DNA of 64,000 nucleotides from Nitrospirota bacterium (GTDB lineage Bacteria; Nitrospirota; UBA9217): NCBI GenBank assembly GCA_963741205.1, contig CAVUHW010000022.1, positions 134,823 to 198,822 of the forward strand, read 5' to 3'. Shown piece by piece: positions 1 to 10,339 of this stretch (position 1 is its first letter; each line of letters starts with the position of its first letter). The notes under the pieces were generated by a model. It saw only the letters and a program-made list of their open reading frames with translations, ran no database searches and was not told where the DNA came from. The position numbers and the translations under genes were made by a program.

Positions 1-580
1 TGCCGAGTCGACGGCCTGGACGAGATCAACCGGCGTTATGAGGGATTTGCCCGGGGCCTGGCCGAGAACGACATTGCCCAGCTTGAACTGGACATGAGCC
101 CCGGCCTCGAATTTAAATGCCCCGGCTGCGTCCGTCGTGCCGGTCTGCGGCTCCGGACGATGCAGGTCAGCCCTTCCACGGGGCCATCTACAAAGATGCC
201 GGTAAGGAGCGGCGCCGCAGGGGTGGCAGGGTTGGTAGTTGTCGGGTTAGTCGTGGTTCGGGTTCGATGTCGTGTTATCCGGGTTCGTCGTGGCGAGCGA
301 GTTATCGGTCCCGCTTTTGTGACAGGCGGCGAACGAGAATTAAGCAGAATTAAAAATACAAAGCAAAGAAAGCTTACGCATATACAAATACTGGAGTTAA
401 TCTTAGTCATCTGTGTTCTTCAATGAATGAACGTGCTCCTCCCGGATGAACATAAAACAATATAAAATAAGGGTTAAAAAGATATCAGTATATTTTTCAA
501 GTTATTATCAGCTCAAAATGAGCCACCCAATTTGATGCCCCCTCTAATTTGAGTTCCATATACCTGTAACTATATCACAA

Positions 581-1774
581 TCATATTCCCTCTACAGACA
601 ACGGCGCTGCGGTGACGCCGCTGAGCGCCGCACCGTTGAACCCCTTGGCGAAAAAGTTTACCGCGAAGAATTGATTCGTCAGGGGGAAGATCGCCCCGGT
701 GGTCGTTTGAACTGGATCGTGACAAACTCGCCCAGGCCGAAACCCAGGTCGTTCAGCATAGCGATATGCAGCAGGGCAGGGAGTCCTATGGATGCGGGGG
801 TGTACTTAGCCACCACGAGACTATTGTTGCCGACGGCGGCAACGCCGGAGATCGAGACGACCCCCGCCGTAGCTTCCCCCGTGAGTGGGTCGGCGTCAAC
901 GATCACGCCCGCGGGCAACGCTATAGTCATGTCTATCCCGAAAATGACAAACGGTATGCCGACAGTTGCCAGCTTGAGCACTCCGGCGGTGGGCGTGGTA
1001 AGAGGTCCGACCGTCACGCCCGTCACGTTAGAGATGCTGCTGCTGAAATTTGTTATGGCCCCGTTAATCAGGACAGTGGAGTCCGTCGAGAGCTTGCCGC
1101 CGTGTTCCTTCTCGTCACCCATCTTGCCTATCAGCCGCACCAGGGCATCTTCCAGCGATTCTCTCGCACCCTTGTTGTCGTTTATCAGCTGCGAAAAGGT
1201 CCCGCAGGCGAACGCGTACTTTTTCTGATCATCGGTTCCGCCGTTCGGATCTGGCAGGGTTGAGATGATGTCCTTGAGGCCGAAGGTCGAGGCGACGCTC
1301 GCGTTCGCATTATTGATCGAGTCGGCGCTCAGAGGCCCGGCGCCCGTTGCCTTTCTAAAGGCCAGTTCGGTCATCGGGGTCACCGCCGCCGTTATGGCCG
1401 ATCCGGTCTGAACATCGGGGATCATCGTGCGCAGGGGGGCATTGAGGGCAACCGAAGTGCCGCTTACCTCGTCTGTAAACGAGCCACGCGTTACCTCTAC
1501 GAGGACCGGCCCCTGGTACGATCCGAGGTCTATGGAGTAATTGCCGCCGGTATCCGTCTGTGCCTGTCCGATCGGTGTGGACAAGTCCGGAGCGCCAAAA
1601 TTTATGGCGAACACCTTCACCGTTCCTGACTGGATCGGCCCCTTTGATACCATTCCGCTCAGGATTGTCGCCGGTTGAGCCGGAGGAGGCGTATTCCCCC
1701 CTCCGCCGCCGCAGCCGGACAGTGAGATGACCGCGAGAAATAAAATCGGAATGATGACAGAGCGCGATTCTCAT
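581..1774 (-). CDS. Lipoprotein with C-terminal cohesin-like beta domain (frameshifted)
   Basis: ATG 1774 with AGGAG RBS. Stitched N-terminus gives a hydrophobic signal and lipobox LSGC followed by a Gly run. ORF 679..1653 is the body. C-terminal GIDMTIALPAGV...LHIAMLNDLGFGLGEFVTIQF; stitched end LSVEGI-stop at 581. Confidence 0.7.
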
Positions 1775-1776
1775 GG

Positions 1777-4700
1777 TTATCTCCTTTGTGATGATAATAA
1801 GTAGGGGTACAAGTTATCGAACCCCAGAACATTGTCGAACAAGCCGATGGCATTTTTCAGGATCAAGATGGCGTCGGCCACGTCGATCATGTTAGTCCGC
1901 GTAAAGATCGCCGTGAAAAATGTCCGCGAATGCCGGAATATCAAGCCCGACCGCTATGCGCAGGGCCTTGAGGGCGTCCGCAGCGGTCACGCCAAATACA
2001 CCATCGAGTTCGGCGTCGGCTTCGATGACGAATATGTGGAAATCCTCGAAGTTCACGTTTCCGCACAAGTCACGGGCCTCGACCCTGATTATATTGTCTC
2101 CGGGCTTGAGGTCGTCAACCGTGCAGCTCCACGCTGACCCGTTGACCGTTACGGGCGCAGAGTAAGCTGCCCCGTTAACCGTCATCGTCGGCGTTACTCC
2201 GGCCTCAACCGTGCCGGTAATGGCCTCGGGCGCGCCGGTCTTGGCCACCTTTTTAACGTTTGCGTCTACGTTGATAACCGGCTTGATGTCATCGTGGTTA
2301 AAGTCGACCTTCTCTTCGGCCTTATTTCCGGCCGCGTCAATTGCGAAGACCTCGCAATGGTTCAGCTCTTCCACGAGCCCGAGGATCGTGGCGATCCATC
2401 TGGTTTTGTTATCGAAGTGAAGTCATCGAAGAATACGACATCGGCTTTCGCGTAATCGCAAATCACCTTGATTTTCGACCCTATCTCCGCCGTTCCGGCG
2501 ATCTCGATACTGTCCTGCCTGATACAGGCCGCGATAGCGCTGTCGACGTTTATGAAAGGTTCTTTGGTATCGACTATGATGATAGCCGACGCGGTGCTGA
2601 TCGACTCCTTTCGCGTCAGTGGCGTGCACCGTGACCGTATTAGGCCCTTCCCGAGAGCCCGCTGATCCGGGCGCTCCAGCTTGTGCCGGTGACCGTGACG
2701 GGGCCGACCGCGGCAGGAGTGTCAACGGTGACCTTGACCGTAGACCCCGCATCCACCGTGCCGGAAACGGTCTGGTAATTGACATTCGTAGGCGTTCACG
2801 TTAATGGTCAAAACCGGCTGCACGGTGCTGTCGAGAACGATCGTGTCGAAGTAGACTGTTAATTCTCTATTGCCGAGTCTCTGAACCTGACATAGATCCT
2901 TTTCTCCCCATCTCCTGCGGGAAGGGTAATGGGCCTGACTGCGAGCAAACATTTCATAGGGGGAGAAGATTCAATACCATCGGTGCTGAACTTCATGGAG
3001 GTAACCGCGCTCGGACCGGCCGCGCTCAGGTAAAGGGTCACGAAGGGAGAGTTGGTGACGGCGTCATCGGTGTTGATGACGACCGAGCCGACCGGAGCGG
3101 TAATGCCGGCAAGGATGGTCTTGGTTATCGTTTTCGTCACTCCGGCAAGGTCAGTGGCCGTGGCGCTGATCGATATTTTCACCCTGAACGAGCCCGGTAC
3201 ATGGAAGCTCCAGGTGTTGCCGGAACTGCGACGGTCGCCGTACGCCGGCGCTCGCCGTTCACCTGAATCGTCGGCGCAGCCATGATATCCGCCCCAACCT
3301 GCTCCAGCGTTCCGTTGATTGTCTGGCTGGTCTGTTGGTCGGGGAGACGACAAACATCGTGAAGGCCGGCAGGATATCCGCCTGGCCGTTGAATCCCGTG
3401 GCAAGAAGCCTGGTCATGGGCAACTCCGGGTCGCCTTGGGGAAGCAGAAGCTCCGGATGGTCGAAGGGCGCCGATTCAAGCGCACGCGGGGATCGGTGAG
3501 CGCCTTCAGGAATTCCACCACTTCGGCCCTGTGATTGTTCGCACTGCCGAGCGTGCCGATCGGCGACATTTCCTCGTCCATTTCCGGGTTCGCGAAGTTC
3601 CCGCCCCGGGCGTAAAATTCCACCACTTCTTCGAGGGTGAACATGCTGCCGTTGTGCATATAGGGAGGCGTCAGTTCCACGTTGCGGAGCGACGGGATCT
3701 TGAGAGGCGCCGTCAACGGCAACAGGTGACGACGCAGTCAGCGCCGTTCAGGAGTGGGAAGGTCGCGAAGGGTATCGACGACGAATTCGTGCCTTGGAGA
3801 TCGCTTGGGCCGCGAAGGAGAGCGGGAAATTGATCACGCCGCCCCTTTGCCTATGTCATCTGCAGTAGGCCTGACCCGATGTTGTTGAAGCCGATGTCGC
3901 TTACGAGAGCCGTTCACATCGGTCGCGCCCGTTTCGATCAGGCTGCCGGTAGCGGCAATGGTGGCCTCAGCATTGGAGACCGACGCGCCTGTGAGCTCAG
4001 AGCCGCTGTGGCACTTGGCGCATTGCGAGGAAAAGATTCCGAAACCGTTCTGAGCATTGGCGCTCATAGCGGTCGAGATTATGCCTTTCGACACATCGTC
4101 GAGATATTGGTCGAAGGGGGTCTGGTCGGAGACCAGGGTCGCTTCGTAGAGCTGAATAGCGAGCCCCCAGAAGAGCGAGAAGTTGGCCTCCATCTGGGTG
4201 AATGTCAGTCGGTGTACCCCGTGGTCAAGATGCGTCGTGGTCAGGGTCGTGGACGTGAGATTGCTCACAAAGGCGTCCTTGATCATCTGATCGTAAGTGG
4301 TATTAAGCCCCTTGGCGCCGCCGAGCGTCCCGTCGGCTTGAGCACGGCCCGGGAGAGGGGCCGAGCACGCTGTCCGTCGGGTGGACGGTCTGCTGCCCGA
4401 GCGGAGTGAGGCTGAGCATTTTCCTGCCCAGTTCCGGGAAGGTGCGGCCCTTGAACGACATCTCAACGTCGCTCAAGGGCGGTCCCACCGCCTGGGAGGC
4501 GAGGCTCGCATTCGGGATGGAGACCGTCTGCTGCGACCAGAGTGCCGCTGTTGTTGATCCAGATTCCGGCATTCACGTCGAGCGGGCCGATCGGGCTCGA
4601 CCCGTTGAAGATGTTGTTTGCCCGGCCGTCCCAGAAGTTGGCGTAATTGAACACCGCGTTGACCGCCGGCGGGGTATTGCGCCCCGTGACCTGACGGTGG

Positions 4701-5257
4701 TTACTGAACGGCAAGCCGGAGTTCGGCGTCCCGCTGTCCACGGCGGTGCCGGTGGTGATGCCCGTAAAATCGGTTTTTGCGGACACCCTGGGAGCCCGTT
4801 TTGTCGAACATATTTTTCACGTAATCGTGCCGGTCCCGAGCTGGGCATCGACGGGGTTAACCTGGAAGAAGGGGAAGTCATGCTGCGTCAGCGAAAAGTT
4901 CGGGCCTACGCTCTGGAAGAGGGACGTGCCCTGACGGCTGATGTCCCTGGAGCAAGCTGGTTTCTGGACCTGACGCTGATCGGGTCCGCGCCTGCGCGGT
5001 AGTGGCAGGTGGCGCAGCCTGGATGCCGTCGCTCCCCGCCTGCATGTCCCAGAACAGGGCCTTGCCGAGCTTGATGGCGGCGGCCTTGTCCTTGACGTAC
5101 GTCGCCAGGTTCGGCGGCTCGGGCACGGCGACCGCGCTCAGCGGAAGCGGGTTCGCGGCAAAGACCGCGCCGCCGGGCAAGAGCAATGCGCCGATGAGGA
5201 CGGCACTCAGCAATTTGGCGGCTGTTGAAGATTTTGGCGTATAAGATCGGCTTACAT
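1777..5257 (-). CDS. Secreted di-heme cytochrome c peroxidase/MauG-family protein with Ig-like repeats and C-terminal dockerin-like domain (many frameshifts)
   Basis: GGAGGA RBS, signal peptide, LGKALFWDMQAGSDG, heme motifs CATCH and CAKCH, NFWDGRA, LKIPSLRNVELTPPYMHNG. Ig-like segments (ISATATDLAG, IRVEARDLCGN). Duplicated end motif VTAADALKALRIAVGL / IDVADAILILKNAIGL. Confidence 0.8.
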
Positions 5258-5308
5258 ATAAGTATCCTCCAGTTGCTTCTATTCAATAGCCTGCACGTCA
5301 GGAGAAAA

Positions 5309-5383
5309 TGGATTCCCGATAGAAGCATTCGCCCTACATTCGCGCTAACGCACTCATAAACGCTGGGTATAGGCGGGAATGAC
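5309..5383. repeat. REP-like GGATTCCC...GGGAATGAC palindrome carrying a 44-bp insert
   Basis: tggattcccgatagaagcattc-[44 bp]-gggaatgac; same family as 13456, 26767 and 49183. Confidence 0.7.
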
Positions 5384-5397
5384 ACCTTGATGATAAA

Positions 5398-6974
5398 TCA
5401 CTGCACCCCGGGATTCAGCGGGGCTGCGTCCTGGCTGTCGATCACGCCGTCGCCGTCCGTGTCCGGGTTGTTCGGGTCCGTATGGAAGATGTTATATTTC
5501 ATCGACATCCGTCAAGCCGTCGCCGTCCGTGTCCACCGAAAGATCGCTCGTGCCGAGGAGGCGCTCCTGCCGCGAGAAGATGCCGTCGCCGTCCTTGTCT
5601 TCCATGTACACGAGGTAGAGCGTATCGCCCGCCTTGAGCAGGATGTTCTCGAAATCGAAATCCTGCTCAAGGAAGTTGAATCTGAATACCTTCTTGTTCG
5701 GACCGTTGCCCCGGGTCTGGACGAGGAGCCAGAAGGAGTTCTTCCCCTTGTCCGCCCGGACATTGGGGTCGCTCCTGAGATCAAGGAGACCGACCTTCTG
5801 CTGGCCGCCGTAATCGATGGGCCCCGCCTCAAAGGGGATATGGAGGATGTCCCGAAGCGCGTGGCCCGCCGTGATGCCGGGACTGTGCGGGTCGGCGTTC
5901 GTCGCGACCAGGTACCGCTCGGGATTGCGGAGCCCGGCGTAGTCGATGACGATCTGGGCGGTCCTTGCATTGATATCCTGGAATTTGAAGGCAAACGGCA
6001 CGCCGTCTGCATCGAGCAGTTCGAGGCCCGCGACCGTGACGATGATCGACTTGGCGTCCCGCAGGAGCTGTTTTAGCCGCTTCCAGATCGAGCGTGGCAT
6101 TCACATAGACCACCGCAGGAAACTTCGCTCCCGGCGGAAGTACGTACGGAGGGTAAGGATCGTAGAATGGGTCCACGGTATCCGGGACCAGGTTGGCGAT
6201 GGGAAGGAGCTTGCCGGGATGGGAGGGGTCCGGTATGAGACGGAGAGAACAAGGGTCACGACCTGGAAGGCGACGTTCCCCCTGTTCTCGATCTCCACCG
6301 TAAACTTTATCAGGCCGCCGCTCGCGGAGATCGATGCGGTCCACTTCGAATGCCTCTATCTCCGTCAGGGCCTCCCGGTTTTCCATCGGACTGCTTCCTC
6401 GGTGAAATCGAGTTCCACCGACTCGGACATGGTTTTGCTGATATCGAATCGGTCAACGTGACATCGCCCGCCACGCCGCTGCTGAACGTGGTGTCCTGGG
6501 CCGTGTCCTGCGCCAGGGAGGTCGATTCCGTGACGGTCTCCGTGACGTTCTGGATAACGTCGACCGTGGTCTGCTTGGTCCGGTCCACCTCGAAGGTCTT
6601 CGTCACGGCGAGCTCATCGGTCAGGAAGAGGCGGATGCTCGGCGCGCTCCTGAGGACGATGCCGATTCTGGGGACGTCGGCGACGAGCGGATTGAACTTG
6701 TAGGGGTTGACAGTCGGGTCGAAGCCGAGCTCGCTCGAGCTCGTCCGTCGTCGCTGATGCCGTCGCCGTCTGTGTCCGCGAGCACGGGAGACGTCCCGTT
6801 CAGGAGTTCCTGGTTATCGGTCAGACCGTCTCCGTCCGTGTCCAGGGAATCGGCTGCGCTGGAGGCCTTCGACTTTGCTGACAAGGGATTGTCTACCACG
6901 CCGTAGCAGGCCGATAAGAGGAAGAGGCACGACAGAGTCAATATTGTCAGCAGAGCAGACGATCGCTTTTTCAT
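5398..6974 (-). CDS. Lipoprotein, protective-antigen/binary toxin B-like, with DTDGDG Ca-binding repeats (paralog 2, frameshifted)
   Basis: MKKRSS...LLSAC lipobox; DTDGDGLTD..E..GTSPVLADTDGDG; NPLVADVP; Ser/Thr-rich stretch; VEIENRGNVAF; TAQIVIDY..PERYLVATNADP..PGITAGHALRDIL; C-terminal DTDGDG repeats. Confidence 0.75.
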
Positions 6975-6984
6975 GATCTTCCCC

Positions 6985-8537
6985 TTACTGTACGCTCGGA
7001 TCGAGCGGAGCAGCGTCGATGCTGTCGATCACGCCGTCGCCGTCGGTGTCCGGGTTGTTGGGGTCCGTATGGAAGACGTATATTTCATCGAAGTCCGTCA
7101 AGCCGTCCCCGTCCGAGTCCGCCGAGAGATCGCTCGTGCCGAGCAGGCGCTCCTGCCGCGAGAATATGCCGTCGCCGTCCTTGTCTTCCATGTACACGAG
7201 ATAGAGCGTATCTCCGCCCCTGAGCAGGATGTTCTCGAAATCAAAATCCCCTGCACGCGGATCGAACCTGGTGACCACGTTTCCCAGGCCGTTGTTCCGG
7301 ATCTGGACGACCAGCCAGAAGGCGTTTTTTGACGGGTTCGCCCGGACATTGGGGTCGTTCCTTAGGCCGATCAGCGAGGCCGGACATCTGCCGTCTCGAA
7401 GGGGATACGGAGGATGTCCCGAAGCGCCCTGCCGGCCGTGACGCCGGGATTGAGCGGATCGGCGTTGGCCGCGACGAAGTACTGCTCGGGAAGGCGTTGC
7501 CCGGCATAGTCGATGACGATCAGGGCGTCCCTTGCCACGATATCCGTGAAATTGAAGCCGAAGGGCATGCCGTCGACATCGGAGAGTTCGAAGGTCGCTA
7601 TTGTGATGATGAGCTCTCCGGGGTTTCTCAGCACCAGTTTTGCGACCTCAAGGTCAAGGATATCGTTGACGAAATTGACGGCCGGAAAGACCCCGCCCGG
7701 CGGGATGGTGAATGACGGGAAACCCGTGTAATTGTGCGACGTGTCGTAGACCAGGTTGCCGACCGGGAAAGAACTTGCCCGGATTGGAGGGGTCCGGGAT
7801 GATGGCGGAAAGGACAATGTGGTCGACCCGGAAGGGGATGTTGCCCAGGTTTGCAATGTCCACTACAACCCTCAGGTCGCCGCCGCTCGCGGCGATCTCC
7901 CTGCGTCTCGGAAAACGCCTCGATCTCGGTGATCGCCTGAACATTTTCCACGGTCTGGGTCTTCGAGAAGCTGAAGGACACATCCTGGGTCATGGTCTTG
8001 CTGATGTCATAGGAGATCGTGGTATCCCCCGGCACGCCGTTCGTGAACGTGGTGGCGTTGGGAAGCGGTCTGCGACAGCTCGATCGTGTCCACGACGCTG
8101 TCCGTGACCGCTCTGGTCAACGGCCACCGCGTTCTCCACGGTCCGGTCCACCTCGAAGACCTTCGATACCGCGAGGGTGTCGGTCAGGATCAGATGCATG
8201 ACCGGCGGGCTTCTGAGGATGACGCCCAGCCGGGGGATGTCGGCGACGAGCGGATTGAACAATACGGGATCGATCTCCGGGTCGAAGCCGAGCTCATGAT
8301 CTCCGTCTGCGTCGCTGATGCCGTCGCCGTCCGTGTCCGCGAGCACGGGGGATGTCCCATCCAGCGAGCTCCAGATCGTCAACGAGACCGTCACCGTCCG
8401 TGTCCGCAGTACCCGACGACGTGTCCGCGGATTTCCTCGCGAAGGGATTGGAGATAGCCGTGTTGGAGCAGGCCGAGAAGAGGATTAGACTCGGACAGCA
8501 TGAATAACAACAGAATGGCAGACAATGGTTTTTTCAT
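6985..8537 (-). CDS. Lipoprotein, protective-antigen/binary toxin B-like (paralog 1, frameshifted)
   Basis: MKKPLS...LFSAC lipobox. Colinear with 5398..6974 (NPLVADIP, VDIANLGNIPF, ALIVIDY..PEQYFVAANADPLNPGVTAGRALRDIL, identical YLVYMEDKDGDGIFSRQERLLGTSDL). Confidence 0.75.
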
Positions 8538-8592
8538 AATTCTTCCCCTTGAGTGAGATTGTTTATGAGTGACATGTGACGATCATACACTA

Positions 8593-8609
8593 AGCAATAG
8601 CTATGCCAG
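8593..8609 (-). promoter_or_regulatory. Sigma54 (RpoN) -24/-12 promoter
   Basis: Minus strand CTGGCATAGCTATTGCT has GG-N10-GC spacing, about 55 bp upstream of ATG 8537, with an AT-rich upstream region. Confidence 0.8.
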
Positions 8610-8999
8610 CGTCTATTTATTTTTGCATCATTAATTTATTCATAATGTTACAAAATAGAGGTGGAGGTACATAATACAATTTAGCTGGTTCGTTTTGGGT
8701 ACTTCTACCCATTTTGAATTAATAAAAAAGCATGTATAAATTGTGGCTGTAGAATGGATCGATACGGTGATGATAATAAAGTTCGAGCAACCAATAATAC
8801 TAATACCTTAGATGGATAAAGTCCCTTTATTAACTCTTTTTTGCTGACTGTTATTATTCTGACTTATTATGGAACCCAATTAAGAATGTTTACAATCTAC
8901 TTAGCTGAGAGAAATAAAGCAATAGAAATATTTTTCTGAATTCATTCTATTTCCTATACTCCTGTCGCCAGATTTTGCAAGGCGCCTGAAGCGGCGTTC

Positions 9000-9028
9000 T
9001 TGACAAAATACAGGATGTGCTCTATCTT
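9000..9028 (+). promoter_or_regulatory. Sigma70-type promoter upstream of tpx
   Basis: TTGACA-N17-TATCTT. Confidence 0.55.
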
Positions 9029-9244
9029 TTTTTCAGGGGGAGGTTTTTCCCCGGATGGTGATTCGGAAATCGCCCTCTTGTGAACAAACAACGGAAGGAG
9101 GAAGCGCAGGCAAGAGAGACGGATGCGGGACGCAGGATGGATACATCTATCCAGTATCATGAATCATACATCGTTCCTCGAGAATGTTGCAGAGGAGATA
9201 ATGCATTATGCATGAGATTAAATGAGTGAGGAGGGGGAAACGGC

Positions 9245-9775
9245 ATGGAACGATCAAGGATAATAACCATGAAGGGTAAACCGCTCACTCTCATCGGTCC
9301 GGACATCAAGACCGGTGACGAGGCGCCGGATTTTACGGTAATAGACGAGAGGCTCAACGAGGTCAGTCTCAGGGACTTTGCGGGAAAAACGAAGGTCATC
9401 AGCGTTACGCCGTCGCTCGATACGCCGGTGTGCGACCTGCAGCTTAGGCGGTTCAACCGCGAGGCGGCCTCGATGCCTCAGGACGTTGTTCTGCTCAATA
9501 TCAGCATGGACCTTCCCTTTGCCATCAGCCGCTTCTGCTCGATGGCAGGCATCGACCAGGCAAAGGCGTTGTCGGATCACCGGGACGCGTCGTTCGGGAC
9601 AGCCTATGGTGTGCTCATCAAGGAGCTGCGGCTTCTGGCGCGGTCCATCTTCATCATCGACAAAAACAACATCGTGAGGTACAAGGAGATTGTGGCGGAG
9701 CAGTCGAACCATCCTGATTATGAGAAGGCGCTCAAGATGCTGCGCGAGGTCACGGCCAAGACAAAGGCAGCGTGA
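9245..9775 (+). CDS. tpx: Thiol peroxidase (atypical 2-Cys peroxiredoxin)
   Basis: PSLDTPVC, SMDLPFAISRFC, LLARS, HPDY motifs; intact ORF with RBS. Confidence 0.95.
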   Translation: MERSRIITMKGKPLTLIGPDIKTGDEAPDFTVIDERLNEVSLRDFAGKTKVISVTPSLDTPVCDLQLRRFNREAASMPQDVVLLNISMDLPFAISRFCSMAGIDQAKALSDHRDASFGTAYGVLIKELRLLARSIFIIDKNNIVRYKEIVAEQSNHPDYEKALKMLREVTAKTKAA

Positions 9776-9806
9776 TGCGTGAGGAAGGGAAGCGGTGAAA
9801 AGAAGA

Positions 9807-9840
9807 AAGGCAGGTCCCCTGTTCGGAGACCTGCCTTTTT
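9807..9840. terminator. Bidirectional intrinsic terminator between tpx and csp
   Basis: aaaggcaggtc...gacctgccttttt hairpin with A and T tails. Confidence 0.85.
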
Positions 9841-9854
9841 GAGGTTTGAGACGC

Positions 9855-10055
9855 TTAGAGTTTTACGACATTCGCTGCTTTTGGGCCCTTGGGGCTGTCA
9901 ACAACGTCGAATGTCACGTTCTGACCTTCGGAAAGCGACTTGAAGCCGCTGTCCTGAATGTCGGAAAAGTGGACAAAAACATCTCCGCCGTCTTCTTTGG
10001 TAATGAATCCAAATCCCTTGGAATCATTGAACCACTTAACGGTGCCTTTTGCCAT
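9855..10055 (-). CDS. cspA: Cold-shock protein (CspA family)
   Basis: [12 protein letters not shown] and DVFVHFS RNP motifs; 66 aa. Confidence 0.95.
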   Translation of the reverse strand: MAKGTVKWFNDSKGFGFITKEDGGDVFVHFSDIQDSGFKSLSEGQNVTFDVVDSPKGPKAANVVKL

Positions 10056-10057
10056 TA

Positions 10058-10199
10058 CAGGTTGAACCTCCTTCTGTGGATATTGAAGATTGCGGAAATG
10101 TCATAAAAAAAGCCGCAAAGCGTAAATCTTTGCGACCTCTTCCCAACAAAGACTTCCGAACTTCGGGTCAATTTTCACACAAGCCGCGGGAATTGTCAA
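10058..10199 (-). promoter_or_regulatory. csp promoter and structured 5' leader
   Basis: TTGACA at 10199-10194; hairpin cgcaaag...ctttgcg followed by a T run; colinear with the leader at 52485-52627. Confidence 0.65.
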
Positions 10200-10339
10200 G
10201 CATTTTTTATCGATGCTATCGCCCTCAGAAAGCGCATGTCCGGTGTGCAGGAGAATCTCTCCTGTTTTGCCTCTCCATGCCATTTCTAGTATACTTGATT
10301 TCGAGAGGCGAATAAAACGCAGAGATGAAAGGAACCAAC

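Noticed and set aside
1-345. Partial ORF and G/T-rich low-complexity stretch at the window start
   Set aside because: No recognisable family; the abrupt composition change could be low-quality or chimeric sequence.
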